A stretch of 59,120 nucleotides of DNA, taken from an uncultured Nitrosopumilales archaeon (lineage in GTDB: Archaea > Thermoproteota > Nitrososphaeria > Nitrososphaerales > Gagatemarchaeaceae). Below, piece by piece: positions 17,700-27,356 of the stretch; the stretch's first letter is position 1, and the number at the start of each line of letters is the position of its first letter. A program made the translations under genes and the position numbers. The notes under the pieces are model-generated. The model was not told the origin of the DNA and ran no database searches. It worked only from the letters and a program-made list of their open reading frames with translations. The DNA lies in contig CAZHNH010000112.1 of the NCBI GenBank assembly GCA_964533695.1, forward strand, positions 1 through 59,120. Reading direction: 5' to 3'.

Positions 17700-19034
17700 T
17701 TACCTGAGGACGCCGGATCCTATGAGGCGCCATCTCTCGGCAATTCTTCGGCTCAGCGCAGCTCTCATACCTGACTCGACTGCGACGGGTTTCTTGAGGT
17801 CAACTTCAACTACGCTCCCTCGCGCTGATGTTACTACAGCCTGTGTGGACGCCGTTCCTATGTTGAGCCTCAAGTTTTCTCCCGGTTTCACCTTTTCCAC
17901 CGTCACAAGTTCGGCAGACCCGACTGCAGTTTCTAGCAGGTTCACTTCGATTGTAACATGGTCGAGGCTGGGAGGCAATGTTCCAGGCTTGCCGAGTACA
18001 CTGCCGACCATCTGGTCGCCCTTGATGAAAGTGGGGTCAAGTTGCGTGCCTACAGCAACTAGGCCACCAGGGCCTACACTCTCCGTCTCCCCAGCGCTGG
18101 TCTGGAGGCTAGAGATCTCTGTAACTATAGGTACGTATTTGCCGCTTCTTTCATCAGCCATGCCTGGACTCAGTTCAATCTCCTCGCCAAGCATCAACTT
18201 CCCCCTGGTCAGACTTCCTCCGAAGACGCCTCCTGACAGTCCCTGGATTCCTGCGCCTGGCCTGTTCACGTCAAAACTGCGAACCACGTACATGAGGGGG
18301 TCGGCCCCCGCGTTTCTTGAAGGCGTAGGAATCACTTCCTCGAGCGACTCGATTAGCGCGTCTATGTTGGTCCTCTGTTGCGCAGAGATTGGAATGATAG
18401 GAGCCTCTGCTGCGACAGTATTCTCGACGAATTTTTTAATGCCCGTGTAGTTCTTCTTTGCCTCCCCATCCGTGACCAGGTCGATCTTGTTCTGCGCAAT
18501 GACGATCCGCTTCATTCCAAGCATCTGTAGGGCCTGGAGGTGTTCTCTCGTCTGAGGTTTAGGGACTGGCTCGTTCGCGGCTATGACCAAGAGTGCGCCG
18601 TCCATTAGGAATGCTCCTGCCAGCATGTTCGTCATAAGACTCTCGTGGCCTGGGCAGTCGACGAAGCTGACCGCCCGTAGAAGGTGGGTCTCCGTGCCGC
18701 AAACAGGGCACTTGGGGCTCGTGGAGTAGGCCGCGGGTGGGGGTGTCTGCGGACACTCGTAGAATGCCGCATCGGCGTATCCAACTTTGATTGTGATGCC
18801 TCGCTTTAGTTCCTCGCTATGAGCACTCGCCCAGACTCCGGTGATTGCCTGAGTGACTGTCGTTTTTCCATGATCTACGTGGCCGCTTGTCCCTATGTTC
18901 ACCTCAGGCTGCCTCGGAAGGAGGTTCGGCGTCGGAGTTTGTTGAGCAAGCTGGCCTGACAATATTGAACCGCTCGGCCGTTCCCCCTTTTTAAGAGTAG
19001 GGAGATGGGCTTCTGTCACGTGACAAGTCTGCAC
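17700..19034 (-). CDS. eif2g: translation initiation factor aIF2 gamma subunit
   Basis: NIGTSGHVDHGKTT, DCPGH, NKIDL and the Zn knuckle CPKCPVCG region. About 35 extra N-terminal residues may be over-extension; an in-frame TTG lies at 18962. Confidence 0.9.
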   Translation of the reverse strand: MQTCHVTEAHLPTLKKGERPSGSILSGQLAQQTPTPNLLPRQPEVNIGTSGHVDHGKTTVTQAITGVWASAHSEELKRGITIKVGYADAAFYECPQTPPPAAYSTSPKCPVCGTETHLLRAVSFVDCPGHESLMTNMLAGAFLMDGALLVIAANEPVPKPQTREHLQALQMLGMKRIVIAQNKIDLVTDGEAKKNYTGIKKFVENTVAAEAPIIPISAQQRTNIDALIESLEEVIPTPSRNAGADPLMYVVRSFDVNRPGAGIQGLSGGVFGGSLTRGKLMLGEEIELSPGMADERSGKYVPIVTEISSLQTSAGETESVGPGGLVAVGTQLDPTFIKGDQMVGSVLGKPGTLPPSLDHVTIEVNLLETAVGSAELVTVEKVKPGENLRLNIGTASTQAVVTSARGSVVEVDLKKPVAVESGMRAALSRRIAERWRLIGSGVLR

Positions 19035-19332
19035 TTTTCCACGGATTCTTACCTTAACTCCGCAATTGGTCGGGCACTCGATCTCCTTTTCGGGGGCGCA
19101 GCACTACATTGTATAGCCAGGCCAGTTGCAAGCACGCGCTCGCTAAAAACGTGTGCATTAGAGAGGAGCCCCTCTTCAGCTACACGCGCCATCGGGACCC
19201 ACAGATCCGCCGATGCCAGGTAAGACTGTCACAGCCTTTGCAGAAAGCATGCTCTCAACGTTATCTAGTGCTAAAATGAAGGCTGGGCGTAGGTGGGAGC
19301 AAGATAAGGGAGAGAATAGAAGGGGTGTCTCA

Positions 19333-20034
19333 TTGAAGGCGGTTATTCTTAGTGGGGGGCAGGCGCTGCGACTGCGTCCCCTCACTGAGGACAAGCCCAA
19401 AGCCCTCATAGAGGTGAAGGGAAGGCCGATTTCGGAGTACCAGATCGACTGGCTGGTGAAGGAGGGTGGAGTCGACTCGGTGACCTTTGCCTGTGGCTAC
19501 AAGTGGCAGAAGCTCAAAGAGCACTTTGGTTCCAGCTACAAGGGGATAGCCCTCGAATACTCGCCAGAGGAGGAACCCCTCGGTACCGGGGGTGCCATTC
19601 GGCAGGCGCTGTCCGGCAAGGAGACAAAGGAGGGCGAGCTGTTCGTAGTTGCTAATGGTGACATTATGACTGACCTTCCAATCGCACGCATGATCGAAGC
19701 GCATAGGCAGGCTGGCGAGATCACTGCGTCTATGTTGGTCGTCCCCTATAGATCCCGATTCGGCGTGGTTAAGATTGACAAACTACGAATGGTCAGAGGC
19801 TTCGAGGAAAAGCCAGCCTTTCCCGACGTGTGGATCAATGGTGGCGTGTATGTGATGAACCCAAGGAAGTCCTTGAAGTACCTCCCTGAGAAGGGAGACA
19901 TCGAGCGAGAGACTTTCCCCAAACTTGTGAGCCACGGGGAGCTACTTTCATATCCCCATTACGGCGAATGGTGGTTCGTCGACTCTCTGAAGGATCTCAA
20001 AGAACTCGAGGACTCGATGCAAACACCCGGCTAG
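19333..20034 (+). CDS. sugar-1-phosphate nucleotidyltransferase (GlmU/RmlA/HddC-like)
   Basis: (M)KAVILSGGQALRLRPLTEDKPKALIEV is the canonical start of this family. I use the in-frame TTG at 19333; the ORF track begins at 19213. Confidence 0.8.
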   Translation: MKAVILSGGQALRLRPLTEDKPKALIEVKGRPISEYQIDWLVKEGGVDSVTFACGYKWQKLKEHFGSSYKGIALEYSPEEEPLGTGGAIRQALSGKETKEGELFVVANGDIMTDLPIARMIEAHRQAGEITASMLVVPYRSRFGVVKIDKLRMVRGFEEKPAFPDVWINGGVYVMNPRKSLKYLPEKGDIERETFPKLVSHGELLSYPHYGEWWFVDSLKDLKELEDSMQTPG

Positions 20035-20074
20035 TCAGAACGGTTTAATCCGAACTCAGACACGAAGCCAGTCG

Positions 20075-20277
20075 TGGGCGGGTGACAACTACTTTGCGAT
20101 GGCTGTCATTTGCAAGCACGAACATTGGATCTCTTGGAGGGAAGTCTAGAAGGCACGAAGGTAATATGCGCAGGCCACGGCGCAGTCTGGAATCTGAAGT
20201 TGGGTAAGGCGGTATTCGAAGAACCCCTGGAGGACGAAACGCGTTACGAAGTCAGAGTTGAGGAAGGTAACGTCTAA
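20075..20277 (+). pseudogene. frameshifted, N-terminally truncated Rieske [2Fe-2S] domain remnant
   Basis: One frame reads ...GDNYFAMAVICKHEHW (CxH box) and stops at 20147-20149. The -1 frame from 20128 reads DLLEGSLEGTKVICAGHGAVWNLKLGKAVFEEPLEDETRYEVRVEEGNV* (CxxH box). The two frames share the g at 20128. Confidence 0.55.
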
Positions 20278-20540
20278 GTGAGTATTCCCTGACGAGCTCA
20301 AATGTCCTTTGTCTGAGCTGGGCGCCACTCCTATGGGCTTGGCCGATGCGAGGGGGAATGATAATTCCGCCTAGCGAAAGCTACTAAATGCATCTTGGTT
20401 CCGTGGGGAAGCCAGCTCGATTCGTTCCAAGCGGGCGATGTCACCAAAAGCCAGTTCACGGTCTGCCGATATTCATACTCAGGCGGCGAAATATGGCGCG
20501 ACCCTAGGCTTTTTACGGAAGGGCCACCAATTCCTATGCC

Positions 20541-21035
20541 GTGTCTTCGAGCGGCGACGAGGTGAGTCGGGAGGTGCTCGAGGAGGGTTGTTATTTCCTG
20601 TCGCAGCTCGGACTCACTGATGAACAGATCGCATCACATTTCGAGACCGAAGTCAAACAGGTTGTCGAGCTAGTCGAGTCCTTCGCATCGAAGATTCAGT
20701 CGGGGAAAATCGCTGTAGATGAGTTCGACAGGGCGTTTTGGAGAGATGTGGTGAAGGAAGCCGAGGGTGACCTGAAGTTGACCGTCGTTTCTCACAAGGG
20801 GATCCACCACGCGTGGAAGTCTGATCTCCAGAAACTCGACGGGAACTCCTTGATGACCCTTTACGAGGGGAGCAGGGACTACCTCGAAACAGATCCAAAC
20901 CATAGGTTCTTGGATTATCCTCCTCCAAAGGGTTACGATCCGCTCGCAATGGACAGAGAAGTCAGGAGGGCAGTGGAAGTGATTAGGGATCTCCTAGAGG
21001 CGAGATGGAAGGAAGCCCTTGATAGGAAGACCTGA
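20541..21035 (+). CDS. hypothetical protein with N-terminal HTH-like segment
   Basis: 164 aa with a GTG start. LSQLGLTDEQIASHFETEVKQVVELV resembles a sigma-r4/LuxR-type HTH. I recognise no other family. Confidence 0.5.
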   Translation: MSSSGDEVSREVLEEGCYFLSQLGLTDEQIASHFETEVKQVVELVESFASKIQSGKIAVDEFDRAFWRDVVKEAEGDLKLTVVSHKGIHHAWKSDLQKLDGNSLMTLYEGSRDYLETDPNHRFLDYPPPKGYDPLAMDREVRRAVEVIRDLLEARWKEALDRKT

Positions 21036-21088
21036 CTTTCCCGCCCACACTTAAGTAGGGCTCGGTAGAGTGAGAGTCCGAAAAAAGA

Positions 21089-22129
21089 GTGCCTCTAGAA
21101 ACGGTCGAAAGGGACAATCTCGCCAAACTTTTGCGCCAGTTCCAAGGTAGGAATGTTCTTGTCATCGGTGACTTAATTGTAAGCAGGTTTGTTGAAGTCG
21201 CTGCGAGAAAACTTGCCCGCGAAGCGCCTGTGCCAGCAGGAGACTACGTTGGTGAAACGTTTCTCCCTGGTGGGGCGGCAAACCTCTCTCGCGAGCTCGT
21301 GTCACTCGGCGCGTTAGTCACAGCCGTAGGTCTGACAGGATCAGACGAGTATGGAGCCTGGCTAAACGCGGAATTCTCAAGGAGTGGCGTATCGCACGCC
21401 CATGTCATTGCAGATCCGAACCGTCCTACATCACTACGCACTTGGATAATGGTCAACAAGTTCCACTCTCTGCGTATCGACAGAGAAGACAGACGGGACG
21501 TTCCCCCAACGATGTCAAAGAAGCTCTTGGCTGAGACTGAGCCTTTGATTGAAGATGTTGACTGCATCGTTCTATCTGACTACGACCGCGGGGCGATTAC
21601 GAGTTATCTGATAGGAGGTGTGGTAAATGCCGCCAAAGCTTCTGGGAAAATCGTCGTCGCCCAGCCGAAGATGCACCACTACCTTGACTTTTCAGGAGTG
21701 ACATACGTCAAGTCAAACATGGAAGAGGCTTCGCATGCGACGGGCATGGCAATAGTCAACGAGACCAGCCTCAGAAACATGGGGGTTAACCTTCTCAGCC
21801 GCCTTGAGTGCAAAGCAATCCTGCTTACCCGGGGAGAGCAGGGGGTGACGCTTTTCGACACTGAGAATGTGACACTTTTCCCCCCAATAACTGGGAAGAA
21901 GAACCTGTTCAACAAGGTCGGTGTTAGGGATGCGATGACGGGAGTCTTTGCGATGGCTGTCGCATCTGGTGGAGACGCCTACCAGGCAGCCGTACTGAGC
22001 GATGTGGCCGGGGAGGTTCGGAGCGAGCTGCAGAGAAATGTTCCTATCTCGCTCCATGACCTCGAGGCCAAGGCGGAGGAGACAGACGCATTCGTGCACA
22101 GAATAGTGCAGGCCCCGGTGAAAAGGTAG
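21089..22129 (+). CDS. PfkB-family carbohydrate kinase (RfaE/HldE domain-I-like)
   Basis: 346 aa with VLVIGDLIVSRF, GGAANL, and a C-terminal DAMTG-type motif (VRDAMTGVFAMAVASG). Confidence 0.8.
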   Translation: MPLETVERDNLAKLLRQFQGRNVLVIGDLIVSRFVEVAARKLAREAPVPAGDYVGETFLPGGAANLSRELVSLGALVTAVGLTGSDEYGAWLNAEFSRSGVSHAHVIADPNRPTSLRTWIMVNKFHSLRIDREDRRDVPPTMSKKLLAETEPLIEDVDCIVLSDYDRGAITSYLIGGVVNAAKASGKIVVAQPKMHHYLDFSGVTYVKSNMEEASHATGMAIVNETSLRNMGVNLLSRLECKAILLTRGEQGVTLFDTENVTLFPPITGKKNLFNKVGVRDAMTGVFAMAVASGGDAYQAAVLSDVAGEVRSELQRNVPISLHDLEAKAEETDAFVHRIVQAPVKR

Positions 22130-22947
22130 TGGAAATGGCGCAGGAGGTAGGGAGGCTCAAGGAGACAGCACGGAACACTAGGAAGCTAATCCTGGAGAGC
22201 TTAGCTGAAGCGGGCTCAGGACATCCTGGCGGTTCTCTTTCCGCTGTAGAACTCCTCGTGACGCTGTTTTTTCACACGATGAAGTATGACCCAAGGAACC
22301 CCTCCTGGCCAGACAGAGACAGGTTCTTCCTCAGCAAGGGGCACGCCGCACCCCTTCTGTATTCCATCTTGGCGCAGGCTGGCTACTTCCCCGTCGAGGA
22401 ACTGATGACTCTTCGTAAGATCGGTTCCCGACTCCAAGGGCATCCGTCGCTCGGGATTCCAGGTGTGGAGGCTCCTGCTGGCTCGGAAGGGATAGGGCTC
22501 TCCCTTGGGGTCGGTGCATCGCTTGCAGCTAGGATGGACAGAAAACCAAGCCGGACTTATGTCTTGATGGGGGACGGCGAACAACAAGAGGGTGAAGTTT
22601 GGGAGGCCGCGATGGCCGCGTCAAAATACAGGCTAGACAACCTAACAGCCATCATTGACAGAAACGGCATTCAGCAGGATGGCCTGACAGAACAAATCAT
22701 GCCACTCGAGCCGCTGGCCTCGAAATGGAGGGCGTTCAACTGGAACGTAATCGAGGTGGATGGATATGACTTTTTGCAGCTGATCGACGGTTTTGACCTT
22801 GCAGCGTCAACGAGAAACAGGCCGACTGTGGTAATTGCTCATACAGTCAAAGGAAAAGGGATCTCATTCATGGAGTGGTCTCCTCACTATCACGGGACCG
22901 CGCCGGCCAAGGACAAGCTTTCGGATGTCCTAAGTGAGCTTGGGTGA
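22129..22947 (+). CDS. tktA: transketolase, N-terminal (thiamine-PP binding) subunit
   Basis: 272 aa with GSGHPGGSLS and LMGDGEQQEGEVWEA. GTG start abuts the previous stop. Confidence 0.9.
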   Translation: MEMAQEVGRLKETARNTRKLILESLAEAGSGHPGGSLSAVELLVTLFFHTMKYDPRNPSWPDRDRFFLSKGHAAPLLYSILAQAGYFPVEELMTLRKIGSRLQGHPSLGIPGVEAPAGSEGIGLSLGVGASLAARMDRKPSRTYVLMGDGEQQEGEVWEAAMAASKYRLDNLTAIIDRNGIQQDGLTEQIMPLEPLASKWRAFNWNVIEVDGYDFLQLIDGFDLAASTRNRPTVVIAHTVKGKGISFMEWSPHYHGTAPAKDKLSDVLSELG

Positions 22948-23642
22948 TTAGCCATATGAAGAGTATACGAATTGCCCCATCTATATTGGCGTGGGACCTC
23001 GGCTACCTTAACCAAGCCGTCGACATATCGGTCCAGGGTGGGGCGGATCAGATCCATCTCGACATTATCGACGGTCACTTCGCGCCTAACATTACATTTG
23101 GACCGGGGACGGTGAAGGCGCTGAGGGGCAGGTGCCAACTGAAGTTCGATACGCACCTGATGGTCGATAGGCCAGACGAGTACGTGCAGAAATTCCTTGA
23201 CGCAGGATCGGACATATTGACGTTCCACGCCGAGGTATTGGACGCCATGACGTTCGACCGGCTTTGCACGACCGTAAAGCGAAGCGGCAAAGAAGTGGGC
23301 CTTGCGATCAAACCGTCCACCGAACTTCCATCCTGGGCCGTGCAACGCCTCGACAAGTTGAGTGCGATAGTCGTCATGACCGTTAACCCGGGCTTCAGCG
23401 GCCAGCCAATGGATATGTCCACAATGCCGAAGCTTGAGAGGATACGCGACCTCGTAGAAAGGAACGGCACAGGCACAGACATCGAGATTGACGGAGGGGT
23501 CGAACCCGAGAACGTTAGGGAAGTTGTGAAGAGGGGCGGGAACGTCCTAGTCGTAGGCGCAGGGGTGTACGCCAAGCGGGACCCTGTAGGAGCGATACAG
23601 GCCCTAAGAAGTCGCGCCGAAAAAGCGACGGAGGAGAAATGA
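22944..23642 (+). CDS. rpe: ribulose-phosphate 3-epimerase
   Basis: IAPSILAWD, HLDIIDGHFAPN and VMTVNPGFSGQ motifs. Lies between the two transketolase halves. An alternative ATG lies at 22956. Confidence 0.9.
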   Translation: MISHMKSIRIAPSILAWDLGYLNQAVDISVQGGADQIHLDIIDGHFAPNITFGPGTVKALRGRCQLKFDTHLMVDRPDEYVQKFLDAGSDILTFHAEVLDAMTFDRLCTTVKRSGKEVGLAIKPSTELPSWAVQRLDKLSAIVVMTVNPGFSGQPMDMSTMPKLERIRDLVERNGTGTDIEIDGGVEPENVREVVKRGGNVLVVGAGVYAKRDPVGAIQALRSRAEKATEEK

Positions 23643-24589
23643 TCACGTCGACCAAGCAGGGAGGAATGCGAGATGCTTACGGAGAGGCGCTTCTAGAGCT
23701 AGGAGCAACGAACCCGCGAGTTGTCGTCTTGGGTGCGGATACGACTGGTTCGCTCAAGTCGGGGGTTTTTGCCACGAAATACCCGGGGAGGTTCTTCAAC
23801 GTGGGAATTGCGGAGCAGAATCTCGTAGGAATCGCCGCAGGTTTTGCACTTACAGGAAAAATTCCCTTCGCCGGAACTTACGCCATATTCGTGCCAGGGA
23901 AGTGTGTCGACCAAATTCGCAACAACATCGCGTACCCTGGGCTAAATGTGAAGATCGTCTGTTCCCACGGCGGCATCTCTGTTGGGCCCGATGGCGCTTC
24001 CCATCAGCAGGTTGAGGACATTGCTATAATGAGGGCGATACCCAAAATGAGTGTGATCGTCCCCTGTGACGCAGTCTCTACAAAATCTATCGTCAAATCG
24101 ATTGCCGACATTGAGGGCCCGTTCTATGTGCGCCTGACCAGACCATCGACACCGATAGTGTACGGAGATGGTTTCGAATATAGGTACGGGAATGCGAACC
24201 TACTCACGGACGGGTCGGACGTTCTAATCATTGGATGCGGGATTATGGTGCCAGAGGCAGTAAAGGCATCTACTTCACTCAAGATGAAGGGTATATCAGC
24301 CGCGGTGGTAGACCTCCATACAGTAAAGCCGATAGACCCTGAAACCATACTCAAGTTGGCGCAGAAGTGCGGGCGTGTAGTGACCGCCGAAGAACACAAC
24401 GTGATCGGGGGAATGGGATCGGCGGTAGCTGAAGTCCTGAGCGAAACCAGGCCAACTCTGATGAAAAGGGTCGGAGTTATGGACACGTTCGGGGAAAGCG
24501 GGGATGCCGCAGATCTCATGAAGAAGTACGGCCTTACCTATTCAAACATCGAGGCTGCCGCAGAGTCACTCGTGCGTCGGAGCCGCTAG
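23639..24589 (+). CDS. tktB: transketolase, C-terminal (pyrimidine-binding) subunit
   Basis: 316 aa with FNVGIAEQNLVGIAAG and HGGISVGPDGASHQ. ATGA overlap with rpe. Confidence 0.9.
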   Translation: MITSTKQGGMRDAYGEALLELGATNPRVVVLGADTTGSLKSGVFATKYPGRFFNVGIAEQNLVGIAAGFALTGKIPFAGTYAIFVPGKCVDQIRNNIAYPGLNVKIVCSHGGISVGPDGASHQQVEDIAIMRAIPKMSVIVPCDAVSTKSIVKSIADIEGPFYVRLTRPSTPIVYGDGFEYRYGNANLLTDGSDVLIIGCGIMVPEAVKASTSLKMKGISAAVVDLHTVKPIDPETILKLAQKCGRVVTAEEHNVIGGMGSAVAEVLSETRPTLMKRVGVMDTFGESGDAADLMKKYGLTYSNIEAAAESLVRRSR

Positions 24590-24629
24590 CCTTTAATAGC
24601 GAAAAGCCCTCAACTGGCGAAGAGCCTCA

Positions 24630-25295
24630 TTGAAGCTATTCCTCGACACTGCAAATCTCGAGTGGATAAAGAAGCTCAACCAAATGGGCATTGTCGATGG
24701 TGTCACAACCAATCCCTCGCTTATCGCGAGGGAGAACGGTGAATTCGAGGAGACAATCGTAAAGATTTGCAAAGAGGTTAAAGGGGACGTTAGCGCAGAG
24801 GTTATCGGCGTTACACACGATAAGATGGTCGCCGAGGCCGACCACCTATCCTCACTCGCCAAGAATGTCGTAGTGAAAATCCCCATCACGACAGAGGGCC
24901 TAAGGGCCACCAAGATGGTCAGTTCGAAGGGGACAAGGGTCAACATGACGCTGGTGTTTTCTGCCAACCAAGGACTCCTTGCCACGAAGGCAGGCGCCTC
25001 ATTCATCAGCCCCTTCATTGGCAGGCTCGACGACATAGGTCATCGCGGGATGGAGGTAGTCGAGGATCTTGTTCGCATTCGCGACAACTACAGGATGGAC
25101 TGTGAGGTCCTCGTCGGAAGCATCAGGCACCCACAACACGTGCTCGAGGCTGCGAGGCTAGGCGCAGACATAGCAACCATGCCTCCTGAAGTAATGATGA
25201 AAATGATAGAGCATCCGTTAACTGACGCGGGCCTAAAACGCTTCCTTGATGACTGGCAGAAGACGAAGCACGCAAGCGCGCCGATTTCCAAATAA
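24630..25295 (+). CDS. tal: transaldolase / fructose-6-phosphate aldolase family
   Basis: 221 aa with a TTG start. Motifs FLDTANLEWIKK, GVTTNPSL, VVKIPIT and ISPFIGRLDD. Confidence 0.9.
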   Translation: MKLFLDTANLEWIKKLNQMGIVDGVTTNPSLIARENGEFEETIVKICKEVKGDVSAEVIGVTHDKMVAEADHLSSLAKNVVVKIPITTEGLRATKMVSSKGTRVNMTLVFSANQGLLATKAGASFISPFIGRLDDIGHRGMEVVEDLVRIRDNYRMDCEVLVGSIRHPQHVLEAARLGADIATMPPEVMMKMIEHPLTDAGLKRFLDDWQKTKHASAPISK

Positions 25296-25315
25296 TCTAG
25301 GGCAAGTCTTTTACG

Positions 25316-25945
25316 GTGGCCCAGAAAGGCCCGTCCGTGACTAAAACATACTCGCTTCCGTCACTTCCATACAAGTACTCGGACCTACAGCCTCACATCT
25401 CCGAAAAGACAATGACTCTCCATCACACTAAGAATCACCAGGCGTATGTTAACGGCGCAAACGCCGCGCTTGAGAAGCTCGAAAAGGCTCGCAAGGGCGA
25501 GCTTCAGATAGACACTAGGGCGGTGCTCAGAGACTTCAGCTTCAATGTCGACGGGCACATCTTGCACTCCTTCTTCTGGCCTAACATGGCCCCGCCTGGT
25601 AAGGGAGGAGGCAAGCCAGGAGGGAAGCTCTCAGACAAAATCGACAAGGACTTCGGCGGCTTCGACAAGCTGAGAACCCAGTTCACCGACGCCGCGAAAA
25701 CAGTCGAGGGTGCCGGTTGGGCACTGATGCTGTATGATGCAGAGACAGACCAGCTCGTCCTAACGCAGGTCGAAAAGCAGAACAACATGCACCTTGCTCA
25801 GATGCCAGTGATCCTGGGAATTGATCTTTGGGAACATGCATGGGTGCATGACTATCTAACAGACAGGCCGAAGTACATCGAGGCTTGGTGGAACGTAGTG
25901 AATTGGTCTGACGCAGACTCGAGACTTGCGAAGGTCGTACACTGA
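25316..25945 (+). CDS. sod: Fe/Mn superoxide dismutase
   Basis: LPSLPYKYSDLQPHIS, HHTKNHQAYV and DLWEHAW motifs. GTG start. Confidence 0.9.
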   Translation: MAQKGPSVTKTYSLPSLPYKYSDLQPHISEKTMTLHHTKNHQAYVNGANAALEKLEKARKGELQIDTRAVLRDFSFNVDGHILHSFFWPNMAPPGKGGGKPGGKLSDKIDKDFGGFDKLRTQFTDAAKTVEGAGWALMLYDAETDQLVLTQVEKQNNMHLAQMPVILGIDLWEHAWVHDYLTDRPKYIEAWWNVVNWSDADSRLAKVVH

Positions 25946-25958
25946 CCTTCGCGCGCCC

Positions 25959-27269
25959 TTATTTTGCGATCTTCTTGATGGAAAGCATCGCGAACTCTCC
26001 GCTCTTCTTGATAAGGTCCCCGATGTCGATTTCGGTGTGACATTCCGATATGCCACTAGCGTGTGAAGGGAGAGTGAAGATCCCATTCTTCATGAGGAAG
26101 AGCGCGTACCGCCTGATGAAATCCTTCCGCTCCCTCTCCGCGTCTTCGGCGCACTTTGGGGCAGGGCCGAAATGAGTTAAGAACAGCGAGCCAAGACCTG
26201 TAGTATGGGTCACGACTCCGTGCTCCGCGAAGGCCGAGTCGACGCCGCTCCTAAGTGACCTGCCGAGCTTCTCGAGTCTTGGATAAATTATTCCTGAGCT
26301 TTTCCTGAGGTGCCTTATCGTCGCGAGCCCAGCCGTCATGGTGAGTGGGTTCTCTGAGAACGTACCGCCCCCAATTGAGACAAAGTCGTTCTTCCTAGCG
26401 GGGTCGGCGAGCGATATGATTTCCCTCCTCCCGCACACAAGTCCGATCGGGAGGCCTCCTCCGACAATCTTGCCAAATGAGGCGAGGTCTGGGATTACTC
26501 CGTATCGCTGCTGTGCCCCGCCCAGGGCGACCCTGAACCCCGTGATTATTTCATCGAATGCAAGCAGGGCGCCGTTCCTGTCTGCAAGTTCGCGAAGTCC
26601 CCTTAGGTAGTCCCTCTGCGCGGGGATACACCCCCCGGCTCCGAGGACTGGCTCAAGGAATATTGCTGCGACGTCTCCCTTTGACGAGTTTACCGCGTTG
26701 TTCGCGGCCTCCAAATCGTTGAACCGTACAATTTTCACATGAGCCTGCTCAGCCGCCAATATTCCCCCGCCCTCCGGCTGTTCGAAGGGGGTGTGAACGC
26801 CCTTATTGAGTTCAGTATTATAACCGTGCCATCCTCCTGCCATTTTTATCACGGTCTTCCGCTTGCTGAAGCCTCTTGCTAGTCTTACGAGGTACATGGT
26901 TGCCTCAGCACCCGTGTTGCAGAACCGAATCATCTCTGAGCACGGTACAGTGCGGCAGATCTCTTCACCGAGTTCAACCGAGAGCTCATTTCCCATCCCA
27001 TAGAGCGTCCCCTTTCGTATCTGCTTCCCAAGTGGGATTGTTACCTCTGGAGGTGAATGTCCTAATATGAGTGCCATGTGACCCATCCAATAGTCTGTGT
27101 ATCTATTGCCGTCGAGGTCCCAGACATGGCTGCCCTTGGCCTTTGAAATGAGAATTGGATATGGTTCGTAGAACCTAGCATTGTGGTTCACACCGCCGGC
27201 GAAGACTTTCTCGGCCCTCTCGAACATTCGGCCCGACTTTGGGGTAATTGCTTCGTATCGCCGGTCCAT
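25959..27269 (-). CDS. class-III aminotransferase (glutamate-1-semialdehyde aminomutase family, HemL-like)
   Basis: 436 aa with GGVNHN, LAFDEIITGFR and the PLP-Lys context SFGKIVGGGLP. Confidence 0.85.
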   Translation of the reverse strand: MDRRYEAITPKSGRMFERAEKVFAGGVNHNARFYEPYPILISKAKGSHVWDLDGNRYTDYWMGHMALILGHSPPEVTIPLGKQIRKGTLYGMGNELSVELGEEICRTVPCSEMIRFCNTGAEATMYLVRLARGFSKRKTVIKMAGGWHGYNTELNKGVHTPFEQPEGGGILAAEQAHVKIVRFNDLEAANNAVNSSKGDVAAIFLEPVLGAGGCIPAQRDYLRGLRELADRNGALLAFDEIITGFRVALGGAQQRYGVIPDLASFGKIVGGGLPIGLVCGRREIISLADPARKNDFVSIGGGTFSENPLTMTAGLATIRHLRKSSGIIYPRLEKLGRSLRSGVDSAFAEHGVVTHTTGLGSLFLTHFGPAPKCAEDAERERKDFIRRYALFLMKNGIFTLPSHASGISECHTEIDIGDLIKKSGEFAMLSIKKIAK

Positions 27270-27356
27270 AAGCCCTGTGATTGCAATGTGCCTATTTCAA
27301 ACCTACTCTGGAGCGAAGGGTCAATTAACAGGCGAGAACGAGATCAGATCCCGAGG

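Noticed and set aside
17674-18450. 258-aa ORF on the plus strand
   Set aside because: Antisense to aIF2gamma. The Ser/Pro/Thr-rich translation has no family resemblance.
20146-20328. 60-aa minus-strand ORF
   Set aside because: Antisense to the Rieske-domain remnant, whose plus-strand translation shows the CxH/CxxH boxes.
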